Below are positions 38,447 to 47,387 of a DNA stretch of 64,000 nucleotides, in pieces. This DNA comes from an uncultured virus (IMG/VR IMGVR_UViG_3300027976_000013). Lineage: Duplodnaviria > Heunggongvirae > Uroviricota > Caudoviricetes. The position numbers and the translations under genes are program-made. Below the pieces are notes generated by a model that searched no databases, had not been told where the DNA came from, and saw only the letters and a list, made by a program, of their open reading frames with translations. The DNA is taken from the IMG/VR virus record IMGVR_UViG_3300027976_000013; one strand, 5' to 3'. Each line of letters starts with the position of its first letter. Within the stretch, counting starts at the first letter, position 1.

Positions 38447-38680
38447 TTAGGAGTTAACATCATCAAAATTAGCAGGATGACCAAGATATGAAATCTGGTC
38501 AAGTATCTGTCCATAAATATCTAGAACAAGTTCTGAATCCTCAGTTTCCACTTCATAAAGAAACTGACACAAACGGGCCAAAAGATAAGACCCAGTTAAA
38601 TTCGTGTCAATAGTTAAAGTAATAGGCTCATCTCCGTTATCAGAACTAAACTCAATCGCGTCTGTCATTGTAAACCTCAC
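38447..38680 (-). CDS. Acidic hypothetical protein
   Basis: ORF with GAGG RBS; likely start at MTD. Confidence 0.5.
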   Translation of the reverse strand: MRFTMTDAIEFSSDNGDEPITLTIDTNLTGSYLLARLCQFLYEVETEDSELVLDIYGQILDQISYLGHPANFDDVNS

Positions 38681-38994
38681 CTAGTAAGTAGTTAAACATT
38701 GTAACTTTCTCTTTAGGATCTGACCTGACAAAGAACTGAAGGATAAGATTTAAATCTTCCCCAACATCTTTGCTGGAAATCATACTCTTAACCATAATCC
38801 TAAATTGTTTCAGACACTCTGTAGACTCTTCCCATTCCAAAATTACCACCTATCCCTAGTTAGAGAAATAAGGACTTCCAACTTATCACCAACATCATTC
38901 AAGGCCGCAAAAATAGCTTCAGAACACATAGTTACAACATCTTCTAAAGATTCTTGGGCTTCAATAACATCATAAGGAAAGTCACGCTCCATAA

Positions 38995-39387
38995 TTACAC
39001 CAAACTACTAACTTTATTATCATACTTATTCCTACTTTCTGAAAGGTGAATCTTCACCATACGCTTAGACCATTGCAATTCAGTTTCTTTGCCCGCATTA
39101 GTATGCAGCCCAATATGGGATTCAATAATTCGGGGAGTAATATAACAATCTTTCTTAACTCCATCATCATGAGAGCGAACAAACGCTCCAAAGAGAGACT
39201 CATAAAAATGAGCACGAGAATAAAACTCTGAAGCGTTATCTTCAGTGATATCCCCAATACCAATAAACATAGAAAGAAAAATTACGCCTTCTGTGTAAGA
39301 ATTTAGCGTGCCAGTACCGTCAGGCTTCTCATCCCAACAAATTTCTTCGTGATTATTGATCTTAGTTAAATCCCAAGTTAATGCCAT
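38995..39387 (-). CDS. Hypothetical protein
   Basis: AAGGAG RBS; 130 aa. Confidence 0.65.
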   Translation of the reverse strand: MALTWDLTKINNHEEICWDEKPDGTGTLNSYTEGVIFLSMFIGIGDITEDNASEFYSRAHFYESLFGAFVRSHDDGVKKDCYITPRIIESHIGLHTNAGKETELQWSKRMVKIHLSESRNKYDNKVSSLV

Positions 39388-39425
39388 ATCAAAAACTCCT
39401 TCTAGTTGTGGTAGTTAAAAGAAAA

Positions 39426-39674
39426 TCATTTAGCTTCGTACATAAACACTTCAACCCAGCGGTTATTTATAAGCATTTCGATACTCACAGCGTTATCGTA
39501 AGGCATACCGTCATCCATACCACAACGGCAAAGCCAAACCTTGAAAATATCATCATGAATCTTCAAATCATCAGTATGACCCTCAGAAATAGTCTCTAGC
39601 CCTTCAAGATAATCAAGGCTCAAGTCGATATATTCATCAGGAATATCAATTCCGATCTCAAGATATGTAAACAT
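39426..39674 (-). CDS. Acidic hypothetical protein
   Basis: TAATG overlap. Confidence 0.6.
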   Translation of the reverse strand: MFTYLEIGIDIPDEYIDLSLDYLEGLETISEGHTDDLKIHDDIFKVWLCRCGMDDGMPYDNAVSIEMLINNRWVEVFMYEAK

Positions 39675-39925
39675 TAAATATCAACCCTCTCAAATGGATA
39701 AACAAGCGGGTTAGAAGTAACTAAATCACGAAGAGCGGCTCCAACACTAACTGCTGTAACAATGTTACGCCAAATGACAGGAGTAACACCAGAATAACAA
39801 TACTCAGCAGAAGTATTGAAACGAACAAACATCACAGATTCCTCAAACGAATAAGAGATAGTCTCAATGTTGCTAGAGTCAAAAACATTACAAATACGAT
39901 CATACTTAATTTCCTGGCTATTCAT
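39674..39925 (-). CDS. KTSC-domain protein
   Basis: SSNI..ISY......VRF....EY.Y.GV......I..A.SVG. Confidence 0.75.
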   Translation of the reverse strand: MNSQEIKYDRICNVFDSSNIETISYSFEESVMFVRFNTSAEYCYSGVTPVIWRNIVTAVSVGAALRDLVTSNPLVYPFERVDI

Positions 39926-40137
39926 TTTATCGAACCCCTATGTTCAAGTTTCGGCAAAGTGTCATAGGCGACTTCAGCAAAGTTTGCATAACACTTCTTA
40001 CAACAGAAAGGCCCATGACCGTTATAAAAGTAAAAATATGCTCCAATCTTAGGACTGAAACAATCAATACAAAATCCTTCATTGCGATCCTTCTCACAAA
40101 CAATAGGCTTAGTTAAGTCAATAGTTATCATTCGCAC
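39922..40137 (-). CDS. Small Cys-rich protein
   Basis: CIDC ... CCKKC. Confidence 0.5.
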   Translation of the reverse strand: MRMITIDLTKPIVCEKDRNEGFCIDCFSPKIGAYFYFYNGHGPFCCKKCYANFAEVAYDTLPKLEHRGSIK

Positions 40138-40505
40138 TCACACCACTCAAAAGAAGCATTACAGTTCTCGCAATCATCTTCATCAGTATTAACGCTTTCT
40201 TCTTCATCAGCCATAAAGACAATACGCATCTCACTCACACGGTTACCTTCATATGTAACATAGACAGGATAACAACCGTCACCCCAACCAGTAGAACAAA
40301 CAATACCAAGTTCATGACCTATAATCCCAGCCATATCTTCTGACAAACTAGCATTACAAGCACCGTTATAATTGAACTCTCCCTTATGATCTGGAAAAGA
40401 ACCAACAATTTCACTTTTTTCCCAACTCGAATCTATATAACAGGGATCAACAAGCATCATTTGCCCTGAATCGACACCAACATAGCCAATAAATTTTTCA
40501 GTCAT
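40128..40505 (-). CDS. DUF4241-like protein
   Basis: IG.VGVDSGQ...DPCY ... STGWGDG.YPVY. Confidence 0.7.
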   Translation of the reverse strand: MTEKFIGYVGVDSGQMMLVDPCYIDSSWEKSEIVGSFPDHKGEFNYNGACNASLSEDMAGIIGHELGIVCSTGWGDGCYPVYVTYEGNRVSEMRIVFMADEEESVNTDEDDCENCNASFEWCECE

Positions 40506-40581
40506 TACAATTAACCCTCTTCTTTAGTTAAACAATTTTCACAAACACAACACATTGACCCAATATCAATAAAATTAGCCA

Positions 40582-40824
40582 TCATGATCCCAACACAAAC
40601 AATCGACAATTAACTTCACGGCCGCTATCCAGAATAGCGACAGCATTGTCATGATCATAACCGTCACGATAATAGTCAATCTTAGTGATGACACCTAACT
40701 TGAACATATTCTTGCCACGAACAATCTTACCAATAAGGTAATCATAATTCCTAGTCTCATGATTATATTTAAGACTAATGTTGTCAACACCTTCGATAAC
40801 ATTATCTAAAGAAACATTTTGCAC
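40582..40824 (-). CDS. Hypothetical protein
   Basis: AAGGAG RBS; promoter-like TTGCCG...TAAGAT upstream. Confidence 0.55.
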   Translation of the reverse strand: MQNVSLDNVIEGVDNISLKYNHETRNYDYLIGKIVRGKNMFKLGVITKIDYYRDGYDHDNAVAILDSGREVNCRLFVLGS

Positions 40825-41011
40825 TATAACCAGCTCCTTTTTCTATGTCTTTGAGTTACGCTTACGCTTACCAATTTAGCTGGTGCAACCGGTTGGTGTA
40901 AAATGTTGCACCGCTAAATCTTACATATCAAAGAATGGGTCCGGCAAGGGGTTGGAGTTAGATATGCCCCGGAAATCTAAGATCAACAAGTGGAAAAACT
41001 TGAATATGTGC

Positions 41012-41236
41012 CTAATCTTCGCCCCCCCAAGTATACATTTTATCATCATCGGAAACGTATTTATCATATGAATGGTCAATAATGTCGTCTACCATAACAA
41101 TAAAATCTTCACCATGAAGTTTGCCATGCTGAACTTTCACATAAACTGACTCTCCATTTTCTGCAAAAACGTGGCCTGACAATATCTTATTGTCACTTGA
41201 ATAAAACTCTACAGTTGTATGTAGATACTTAGACAT
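41012..41236 (-). CDS. Small beta-rich hypothetical protein
   Basis: 74-aa ORF. Confidence 0.5.
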   Translation of the reverse strand: MSKYLHTTVEFYSSDNKILSGHVFAENGESVYVKVQHGKLHGEDFIVMVDDIIDHSYDKYVSDDDKMYTWGGED

Positions 41237-41292
41237 TTGTCTCTCTCTTTAGTAGGGCTGAATATTTATATATCTTAGTGCATTATGCAAGA

Positions 41293-41649
41293 TTAATCCA
41301 TAAACTCAACAAATTGAGGATCTCCACACTCTGAAAATATAACTTCAACATTTCCGTATGTATCTGTCAGACAATCCCAATCCCAATCGGAAGGGCAAAT
41401 GGAGTCGTCAGCGTTATACGTGATATCCAAAATGACCCTTTGCTTGAAAAGTAGATTACCTGAAAACTTATAACTATAAGTATTATCGCTATCATTATTT
41501 ACAGTGCCTGCACTTACATACCACGCAGGGTCAATAGTCTCCTCCAAGACTTGTCTTAAGGCCTCTTTTATTTGCACTTCAGGATCTGCACTATACCTGC
41601 CAGTTCCAATTTCTACTGTAAGATTAAAACTTGCCATATCGCTCACCAT
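41293..41649 (-). CDS. PxxWDW-motif protein (two-domain)
   Basis: VILDITY...CPSDWDW. Confidence 0.6.
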   Translation of the reverse strand: MVSDMASFNLTVEIGTGRYSADPEVQIKEALRQVLEETIDPAWYVSAGTVNNDSDNTYSYKFSGNLLFKQRVILDITYNADDSICPSDWDWDCLTDTYGNVEVIFSECGDPQFVEFMD

Positions 41650-41800
41650 CTTTCTCTAAAGTAATGGAGGTTCCTTTGTATATAATATTAACGTCAGTGA
41701 AAAAGTCAGGTAATTTAATCAAGTGATTCCAATCCCATTTTTCTGGGTCATCAATGGCATCATCATATGTAATTTCCAACGTAACCAACTGCACCTTCAC
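41624..41800 (-). CDS. 58-aa PxxWDW-motif protein (not in ORF track)
   Basis: GGAGGAG RBS; VTLEITYDDAIDDPEKWDW. Confidence 0.65.
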   Translation of the reverse strand: MKVQLVTLEITYDDAIDDPEKWDWNHLIKLPDFFTDVNIIYKGTSITLEKDGERYGKF

Positions 41801-41802
41801 TT

Positions 41803-41952
41803 TTACTCCTCCAAAATTTCGATAGACTTATCCCAAGATACTACATTAACCTTCATCTTCTCCATATTACTCCAATCCCAATCGGAAGGATCACTTTCAT
41901 AGAAATCGAAATCATAATCCACTTCAATTTTGATAACCTGAGAACGAATCAT
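41803..41952 (-). CDS. 49-aa PxxWDW-motif protein (not in ORF track)
   Basis: GGAGG RBS, ATGA overlap; VIKIEVDY...DPSDWDW. Confidence 0.65.
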   Translation of the reverse strand: MIRSQVIKIEVDYDFDFYESDPSDWDWSNMEKMKVNVVSWDKSIEILEE

Positions 41953-42107
41953 ACATCCTCCCAAATAAAAGCTTCAAGTTCCCAAAGTTTACCCACAATT
42001 GAATGATTAAGATTAGGGTTTACCTCTAGGGCTTTAGATATACCAGCTTCGATAGATGAAAGTATTCTAGTAATTAACACCTTATTAGCCTCTGATTGAT
42101 CACTCAT
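41949..42107 (-). CDS. Small hypothetical protein
   Basis: MSDQSEANK...; overlaps neighbours. Confidence 0.5.
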   Translation of the reverse strand: MSDQSEANKVLITRILSSIEAGISKALEVNPNLNHSIVGKLWELEAFIWEDV

Positions 42108-42333
42108 ATTTAGCCGAAGGTTCGTTATCTTTATCTTCACATACGCCAGCAACAAAAGCGCTAGCGCGATTGCCAAGATCAGTATACCAAGATACCTGGA
42201 ATATACATTCACCAATGTTATCAGAAAGCCAATCTGCCATTATTTTAGTAGCTTCTTCTGGAGAGTGGGCGTCAAAATTACAAGCAACTTCAACTTTATA
42301 CTCTCTGGGTTCTTTAATATTTCCCTGTTTCAT
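42100..42333 (-). CDS. Small protein with DA-x-SPEEA motif
   Basis: GGAGG RBS before ATG 42333. Confidence 0.55.
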   Translation of the reverse strand: MKQGNIKEPREYKVEVACNFDAHSPEEATKIMADWLSDNIGECIFQVSWYTDLGNRASAFVAGVCEDKDNEPSAKYE

Positions 42334-42514
42334 AAGGATTCCTCCAATTCTGATATTGACTATAAGTAATCTGACCATCTTTATGAAGATAGTCAGTCCA
42401 ATCATGCCATGCACATCTAATAGCGACAGAATCAGTTTTATTCATCTCAGATTCCTCTAGATCAGCTTTAAATTGTGCAACAGCTTCTTTCTTAGTCATG
42501 CGATATTTACCCAT
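42314..42514 (-). CDS. Small phage hypothetical protein
   Basis: MTKKEA...F ... D..A.R.AW.DWTD.L.KDG.IT..QY.NW.NP pattern. Confidence 0.65.
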   Translation of the reverse strand: MGKYRMTKKEAVAQFKADLEESEMNKTDSVAIRCAWHDWTDYLHKDGQITYSQYQNWRNPYETGKY

Positions 42515-42932
42515 AAACAACCTGCCCAAAAATAGCGTATTGAACAATATTATCGGCATCACATGCATCAAAATCTTCTGCTAATCCGTCAGGAGTCTTA
42601 TTAGAGTTAGCACAATAATCATCCAAACCCTTCAAGAACTTCTTCAACGTCAAAGTATGAGCCAGAGGGTTTCCCTCATTATCTTCCTCTTCATCTTCAT
42701 AAAGAAGAATCTCACCACCTCTAGTCAAACACTCACTTGTGAAATAAGTAAAGCGAAAGAAATCACCTTTAGCATCAGCCCTATAACACCAATGATTAAT
42801 TCCTCCCTCAAGAGCACAAACCATAAGGTCATCAACAAAGTTATTATGGATATCGTAAGAAACCTTGATAGTCCCAGCAATAAGATTACCATGCTCTTGT
42901 TCAGTAACTTCTACAAGATCATCAATAGTCAT
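42507..42932 (-). CDS. Phage hypothetical protein
   Basis: ALEGGI.HW ... DA..AD.IVQYA.FG.VVYG pattern; GGAGG RBS. Confidence 0.7.
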   Translation of the reverse strand: MTIDDLVEVTEQEHGNLIAGTIKVSYDIHNNFVDDLMVCALEGGINHWCYRADAKGDFFRFTYFTSECLTRGGEILLYEDEEEDNEGNPLAHTLTLKKFLKGLDDYCANSNKTPDGLAEDFDACDADNIVQYAIFGQVVYG

Positions 42933-43146
42933 TATATGAAGCCTCCCTGTTTTCGAGATAATTAGAAACAGCAATATCGGTAGTCAAATCCTCACAATGC
43001 CTTTCATATTCAGATTCAGTCATAAGACCACACTTATTGACACATTCATTTGTATCCTCATCCAATAGATGTTCACAAAGTTCTGTTTCGTCATCATAAC
43101 TATCAGGAGGACTTTCCCAATCACGAACCTTATATTTAGACATCAT
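42922..43146 (-). CDS. Small acidic protein
   Basis: GGAG RBS; overlaps neighbours. Confidence 0.5.
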   Translation of the reverse strand: MMSKYKVRDWESPPDSYDDETELCEHLLDEDTNECVNKCGLMTESEYERHCEDLTTDIAVSNYLENREASYNDY

Positions 43147-43459
43147 TCTCCATTCCTTCAATATTCGAAATGTCTACTTCAACATTTTCTTGGCTATTAA
43201 TCAATTCTTCATGCCCAACATGATTCTCATCAATTTTACGAAACTTCGTTCCTGAAGGGCTAGCAAAATACTCAGCAATAAAGCCGGACTCTTCTCCGGC
43301 CCCATACTCGAATACCCGTAAATACCAATTACTGATATCTACACCATATTGCCTTTCAATAAGCCTAGCAGCCTTTCTAGCCGCCTCTTCTGGAGAAACA
43401 GCATCCGCAATCTGAACAGGCAGACGCGCTTCAACAATAAAGTAATTATCGTTAGCCAC
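43136..43459 (-). CDS. Hypothetical protein with DA-x-SPEEA motif
   Basis: 107-aa ORF. Confidence 0.6.
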   Translation of the reverse strand: MANDNYFIVEARLPVQIADAVSPEEAARKAARLIERQYGVDISNWYLRVFEYGAGEESGFIAEYFASPSGTKFRKIDENHVGHEELINSQENVEVDISNIEGMENDV

Positions 43460-43495
43460 CTTAATAATTCCCTTTCATAAAGTAATTGTCGTTAC

Positions 43496-43798
43496 TCAAT
43501 GCCCACAACCAATCTGACCACAAGATTGACAAAAATCATCCTCATCAATCTGAGTCAAGCGGCCAACATCAAGAATAAACTCACGATCATCACCAACCAT
43601 AACACAAATAGCGGTATCGTAATCGTAACGCTCATCCTTAAAAGTAATCGGAACCATTTTCCCAGTCGAATGATCAAGAAGATCCTCAGTCCAAGAAAAC
43701 TCCTCAGAATAAAAGTCATGAATAACAAAGGAAATACCTTCGTAACCCTCAACTTTCACATATTGACCAATCTTGAAATCTACAGTTTTTAAGTTCAT
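43496..43798 (-). CDS. SH3-like hypothetical protein with C-terminal C..CGQIGC.H
   Basis: GAGG RBS; F.IG..VKV ... MVGDDR. Confidence 0.6.
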   Translation of the reverse strand: MNLKTVDFKIGQYVKVEGYEGISFVIHDFYSEEFSWTEDLLDHSTGKMVPITFKDERYDYDTAICVMVGDDREFILDVGRLTQIDEDDFCQSCGQIGCGH

Positions 43799-43975
43799 AA
43801 CAACCTCACAATAGGGCGAATATAACGATTAAAGGAAAAGCCATAAAAGCGAAAAAGAATAAGCCGAAGAACGCTACGACTCCAATTACGCTAACAGTAA
43901 GACAAATAAGAAACAAAATTCCACGGATAATATCAAACAAGATAAACCTCCAATAAGACTACCATTAGGGTAGGA

Positions 43976-45367
43976 TCATACTTTACCTCCATAAACTTCC
44001 ATAAGAAGATGACCGATATGATCATCTGCAATTGATCGAAACTTCAAGTCCTCATCAGAAACTCCATGATAAATATGATCATATTCATGAATTAAAGTCC
44101 CAACTAAAGTCTTCATATCTGAAATTGCGTTTATAGATATGTAAATACTATTGGTATCCATATGAGCAGAACCTAAGATCCTATCTTGCTCCCCTTGAGG
44201 AATAAAAACTTTAACTTCAGATACATACTCTTCGAATTTGGGGATATATTGTTTGACAATATTAATTCCAATATCAAACAACTTCTCATTGACCCCAGAT
44301 AATTTCACAAAGTTGTATTCGATATCATCACCAAGAACAGACTCAGCAGTTTTTACTCCAGATTTTCCAAGAATCTTATAAAGAAACTCTGACTTAACTT
44401 CAACAACTTCACAGTCACGCAAAGCGAAATGACTCTTATATTTCATAAGTTCTGAAGAAGCAGCAACTTTCCCCCAATATATCTGATCCCAAGCCACCCT
44501 GAAAGCATTACCGTTAACGAAAGAAGAAGTTCCATAAAAATATGAATCAACAGTATAACCGGCCAACGTCCACTCCCACCTTATAAGATTCATATTATCA
44601 ATAAGGGTTCTGGCAATATCAACATGTATCGGATCATCACCACGCAAACGATCAAGAATAGATATAACTTTATATGAGACATCAGAAGTATTACGAACAC
44701 GACGCTCTTCATTTAAAGTAATATCGCTAAACTGGTAATCGAAGATAGGGATAGCATTATTCGCAACATCACTATGAACAAGAACTCCCTTGAAATAAAT
44801 GTTTGCCTCATTATCAAAAGAAGCAAAAATTTTATTCTTAGAATCAACCTCGCAAATAGCATCACGATTGATATTGAAATACTTACCAAAATTGTTTACG
44901 ATATCCAAAAGCCTATGATCAGCAGTAAGATATACAGCAAAGATTCCTGGCTCAAACTTAACCTCATCAACAACTTCAATGCTATATTCACTTCCATTAG
45001 AAGTAAACTCATCTAAAGCATTAGAAAAAGCTTCACGGAAAATCTGGAACTCATTCTCCCAAGATAAAAGACCGGCATCAACAGTAAAAGATGATGGCTT
45101 TAAGATTTCATCATCGTAAAGATAGAAAATACAATCAATACCACTTTCTTCTTGTGAAACATACTGCATTTTATATTGGCCAAGATCATCTTCGCCAACA
45201 TTAATCCACTCCCAACCATTACGCAAAGCGGCAATCGGAGCAAACTTACTTCCCGAACCGAAACATCCAATTGTATTCTCATCATCACGCTTAGTAGAAA
45301 GCCCTAACTTTTCTAAAAACAATCTATTAACACCTTCAGCTTTATTCGCAATTCTAATGTAGGACAT
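43976..45367 (-). CDS. GHKL (Hsp90-like) ATPase-domain protein with C-terminal HEXXH
   Basis: LGLSTKR....IG.FGSG.K, REAFSNALDE, IHEYDH. Confidence 0.7.
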   Translation of the reverse strand: MSYIRIANKAEGVNRLFLEKLGLSTKRDDENTIGCFGSGSKFAPIAALRNGWEWINVGEDDLGQYKMQYVSQEESGIDCIFYLYDDEILKPSSFTVDAGLLSWENEFQIFREAFSNALDEFTSNGSEYSIEVVDEVKFEPGIFAVYLTADHRLLDIVNNFGKYFNINRDAICEVDSKNKIFASFDNEANIYFKGVLVHSDVANNAIPIFDYQFSDITLNEERRVRNTSDVSYKVISILDRLRGDDPIHVDIARTLIDNMNLIRWEWTLAGYTVDSYFYGTSSFVNGNAFRVAWDQIYWGKVAASSELMKYKSHFALRDCEVVEVKSEFLYKILGKSGVKTAESVLGDDIEYNFVKLSGVNEKLFDIGINIVKQYIPKFEEYVSEVKVFIPQGEQDRILGSAHMDTNSIYISINAISDMKTLVGTLIHEYDHIYHGVSDEDLKFRSIADDHIGHLLMEVYGGKV

Positions 45368-45793
45368 TTTTTCCGCAACTCTTTCTATGGGTTTTAGTGG
45401 AAACTATTACTACCCCCTAAGCATACTCGATTAGACGCTCTGATAAACATTCTAACAAGATTCTTTCAGATATTCTTTTTAGCCTCCCGCTTAGTATCGA
45501 AGCTATATATCGAGGGGGAATTGTCAAAGTTATATGTCCAAGATAAGCTTGGAAGCTTGGTGTCGATCCCGAACATTGAGATTAGATTCCAATTCCAGCT
45601 TTTATGATTTAAAACATAAGATGAGAATTTTCCATTACATCCGCCCGCCCTACTCGAAGAGATCGAGCAGTAAAATTTAGTGTGTGAAATCTGTGGCCCG
45701 ATTTTGAAAAATGTTTTTTCTTTATTTCTGCCCGCCCTACTCGAAGAGGAGAGTAGTGATTTTTAGCACGCAAAATGCTGGGCCGGATTTCCG

Positions 45794-45826
45794 AAAAAAA
45801 AAGAGGAGCCTTTCGGCTCCTCTTTT
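45794..45826 (-). terminator. Intrinsic terminator (possibly bidirectional)
   Basis: A9-GAGGAGCC-TTTC-GGCTCCTC-TTTT. Confidence 0.85.
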
Positions 45827-46041
45827 GCGAAACATTATTCAATTATTTCTTTGAAATGAACTATCCTGGGAAGTGGCCTACTGGCAGTTTTTCCAAAAGC
45901 CCGGATTTGCCTTGTTGTAGACGGCCTTTTGACCGATAGATTCCTTCCATTCATTCAGGGTGTCTCTAATTTGTTCATCCATTGGAGATCCAGACCCGTA
46001 ATGGGCATCGATGTGACATGCGTCACCTCCGCTTATTATCT

Positions 46042-46578
46042 CTACAACCATCCAAACTTTCTACTGCATCCTGGCCAAGCATTCCAACCGGATGATGCCA
46101 ATACCTTCTCCGCAATCACAATTTGGGATTCACGGCTAGCTTCCCATGGGTGAGGAGCGAATTCACCGCCACCAAATGAGAGCCACGTGGAATATGATTT
46201 CTGGTGCATGAATTGTAGCCCACCACCAAATCCATTCCCAGTGTTTGTAGCCCAGTTCCCACCAGCTTCACATTGTGCTAATTGATCCCAACGACTACCA
46301 TCCCCCTCAGCATAATTAGATCCAACAACCTGGCTATGAACATGCTCGACAATAGGCTGCTCTATAACAGTCGTAGTCACATTCATCCAACCTAAATCTA
46401 CTAGTGCAGTAGATTCTTCAACGATTTCTACCTCGAAATCTACACTCTCAGCAGAAAGTGGAGAATCAGGCTCACTACTGGTAGAACTCTGACCGGCAAG
46501 AGCAATGCTCGCACCAAGAATCCCGACAGTGAAAATAAAAAATATAACAAAGCCAATAATAATTTTGTTCTTATTCAT
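46042..46578 (-). CDS. Rpf-like lytic transglycosylase with N-terminal signal/TM segment
   Basis: WDQLAQCEAGGNWATNTGNGFGGGLQF...TW...ASRESQI..AEKVL...GW.AWP.C. Confidence 0.92.
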   Translation of the reverse strand: MNKNKIIIGFVIFFIFTVGILGASIALAGQSSTSSEPDSPLSAESVDFEVEIVEESTALVDLGWMNVTTTVIEQPIVEHVHSQVVGSNYAEGDGSRWDQLAQCEAGGNWATNTGNGFGGGLQFMHQKSYSTWLSFGGGEFAPHPWEASRESQIVIAEKVLASSGWNAWPGCSRKFGWL

Positions 46579-46845
46579 TAATAATCTCCATTTCGTAGTC
46601 CCCGCACTATGTTGGAAATAGCTAAAAGGGAAGAAGTATTAGCCTTCCCAATTTCGGCCCCCTGACCGTCGCCCGTCAACATATATACAAAAATGCCATC
46701 AAACTCAATGACTCGGAAAGACCGTTTAGCCTACCTATTTGTATGGAGGGTATCCATAAAATTATATGCCCTTTTTTGGGTGCATTATCCTAGATATTTC
46801 ATTTCGGGTTCTCCTTATGGTGAATATCTAGTAACATACATTATA

Positions 46846-47034
46846 TCAAATATCGGCCACTGGGGCAAGGCTGGGTTTAAGAATTAGCCTCAAATCGAGG
46901 CAAAAATCTTGCACCTTGCCGGACTCCACGAAATTCTGATAAGAAATTTCGGACATGAATTTGTCAATAATTTCAATAAGTTCTCCTTTGGTTTCTTCGG
47001 AAATGTCGTCAATGTGGGATGGTGAAGGATCCAA
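46846..47034 (-). CDS. Small hypothetical protein
   Basis: 62-aa ORF downstream of whiB-like gene. Confidence 0.45.
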   Translation of the reverse strand: MDPSPSHIDDISEETKGELIEIIDKFMSEISYQNFVESGKVQDFCLDLRLILKPSLAPVADI

Positions 47035-47037
47035 GTT

Positions 47038-47379
47038 CTAATCCCAAATCCGAGGGAATAACTGAATCCCCTCGCCCCAATTATCAGACCATTCGATATC
47101 AACCTTCATCGGGATCAACTTTTTATTATAAGGCCGTAACGAAATGCTCTCAAAACTCACTTCCCGTCCTTTCTTGAAGAATACGCCTCCCCAAAGACCG
47201 TAGATTTCTTCTCTCTCTTTGGCAGAAGAAAGGCAAACATCTCTCACCAGACAACCAGCGCAAACGCTTGCCGCTACATATTTCTCCCTCAACGAAAGAA
47301 ATTCGAAGCCCTCGAAGAACATTGACGGGGGAATACCATCGTTGAGGCATTTGGCAAGTGACCGTTCATTAGCATTCAT
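47038..47379 (-). CDS. WhiB-family Fe-S transcription regulator
   Basis: AKC...FF...A..VC.GC.VR..CL..A....E.YGLWGG. Confidence 0.85.
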   Translation of the reverse strand: MNANERSLAKCLNDGIPPSMFFEGFEFLSLREKYVAASVCAGCLVRDVCLSSAKEREEIYGLWGGVFFKKGREVSFESISLRPYNKKLIPMKVDIEWSDNWGEGIQLFPRIWD

Positions 47380-47387
47380 TTGTGCTC

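Noticed and set aside
46580..46700. c-di-AMP (ydaO) riboswitch upstream of the Rpf gene
   Set aside because: Small hairpins are present but I could not match the conserved ydaO segments; an Rfam search would settle it
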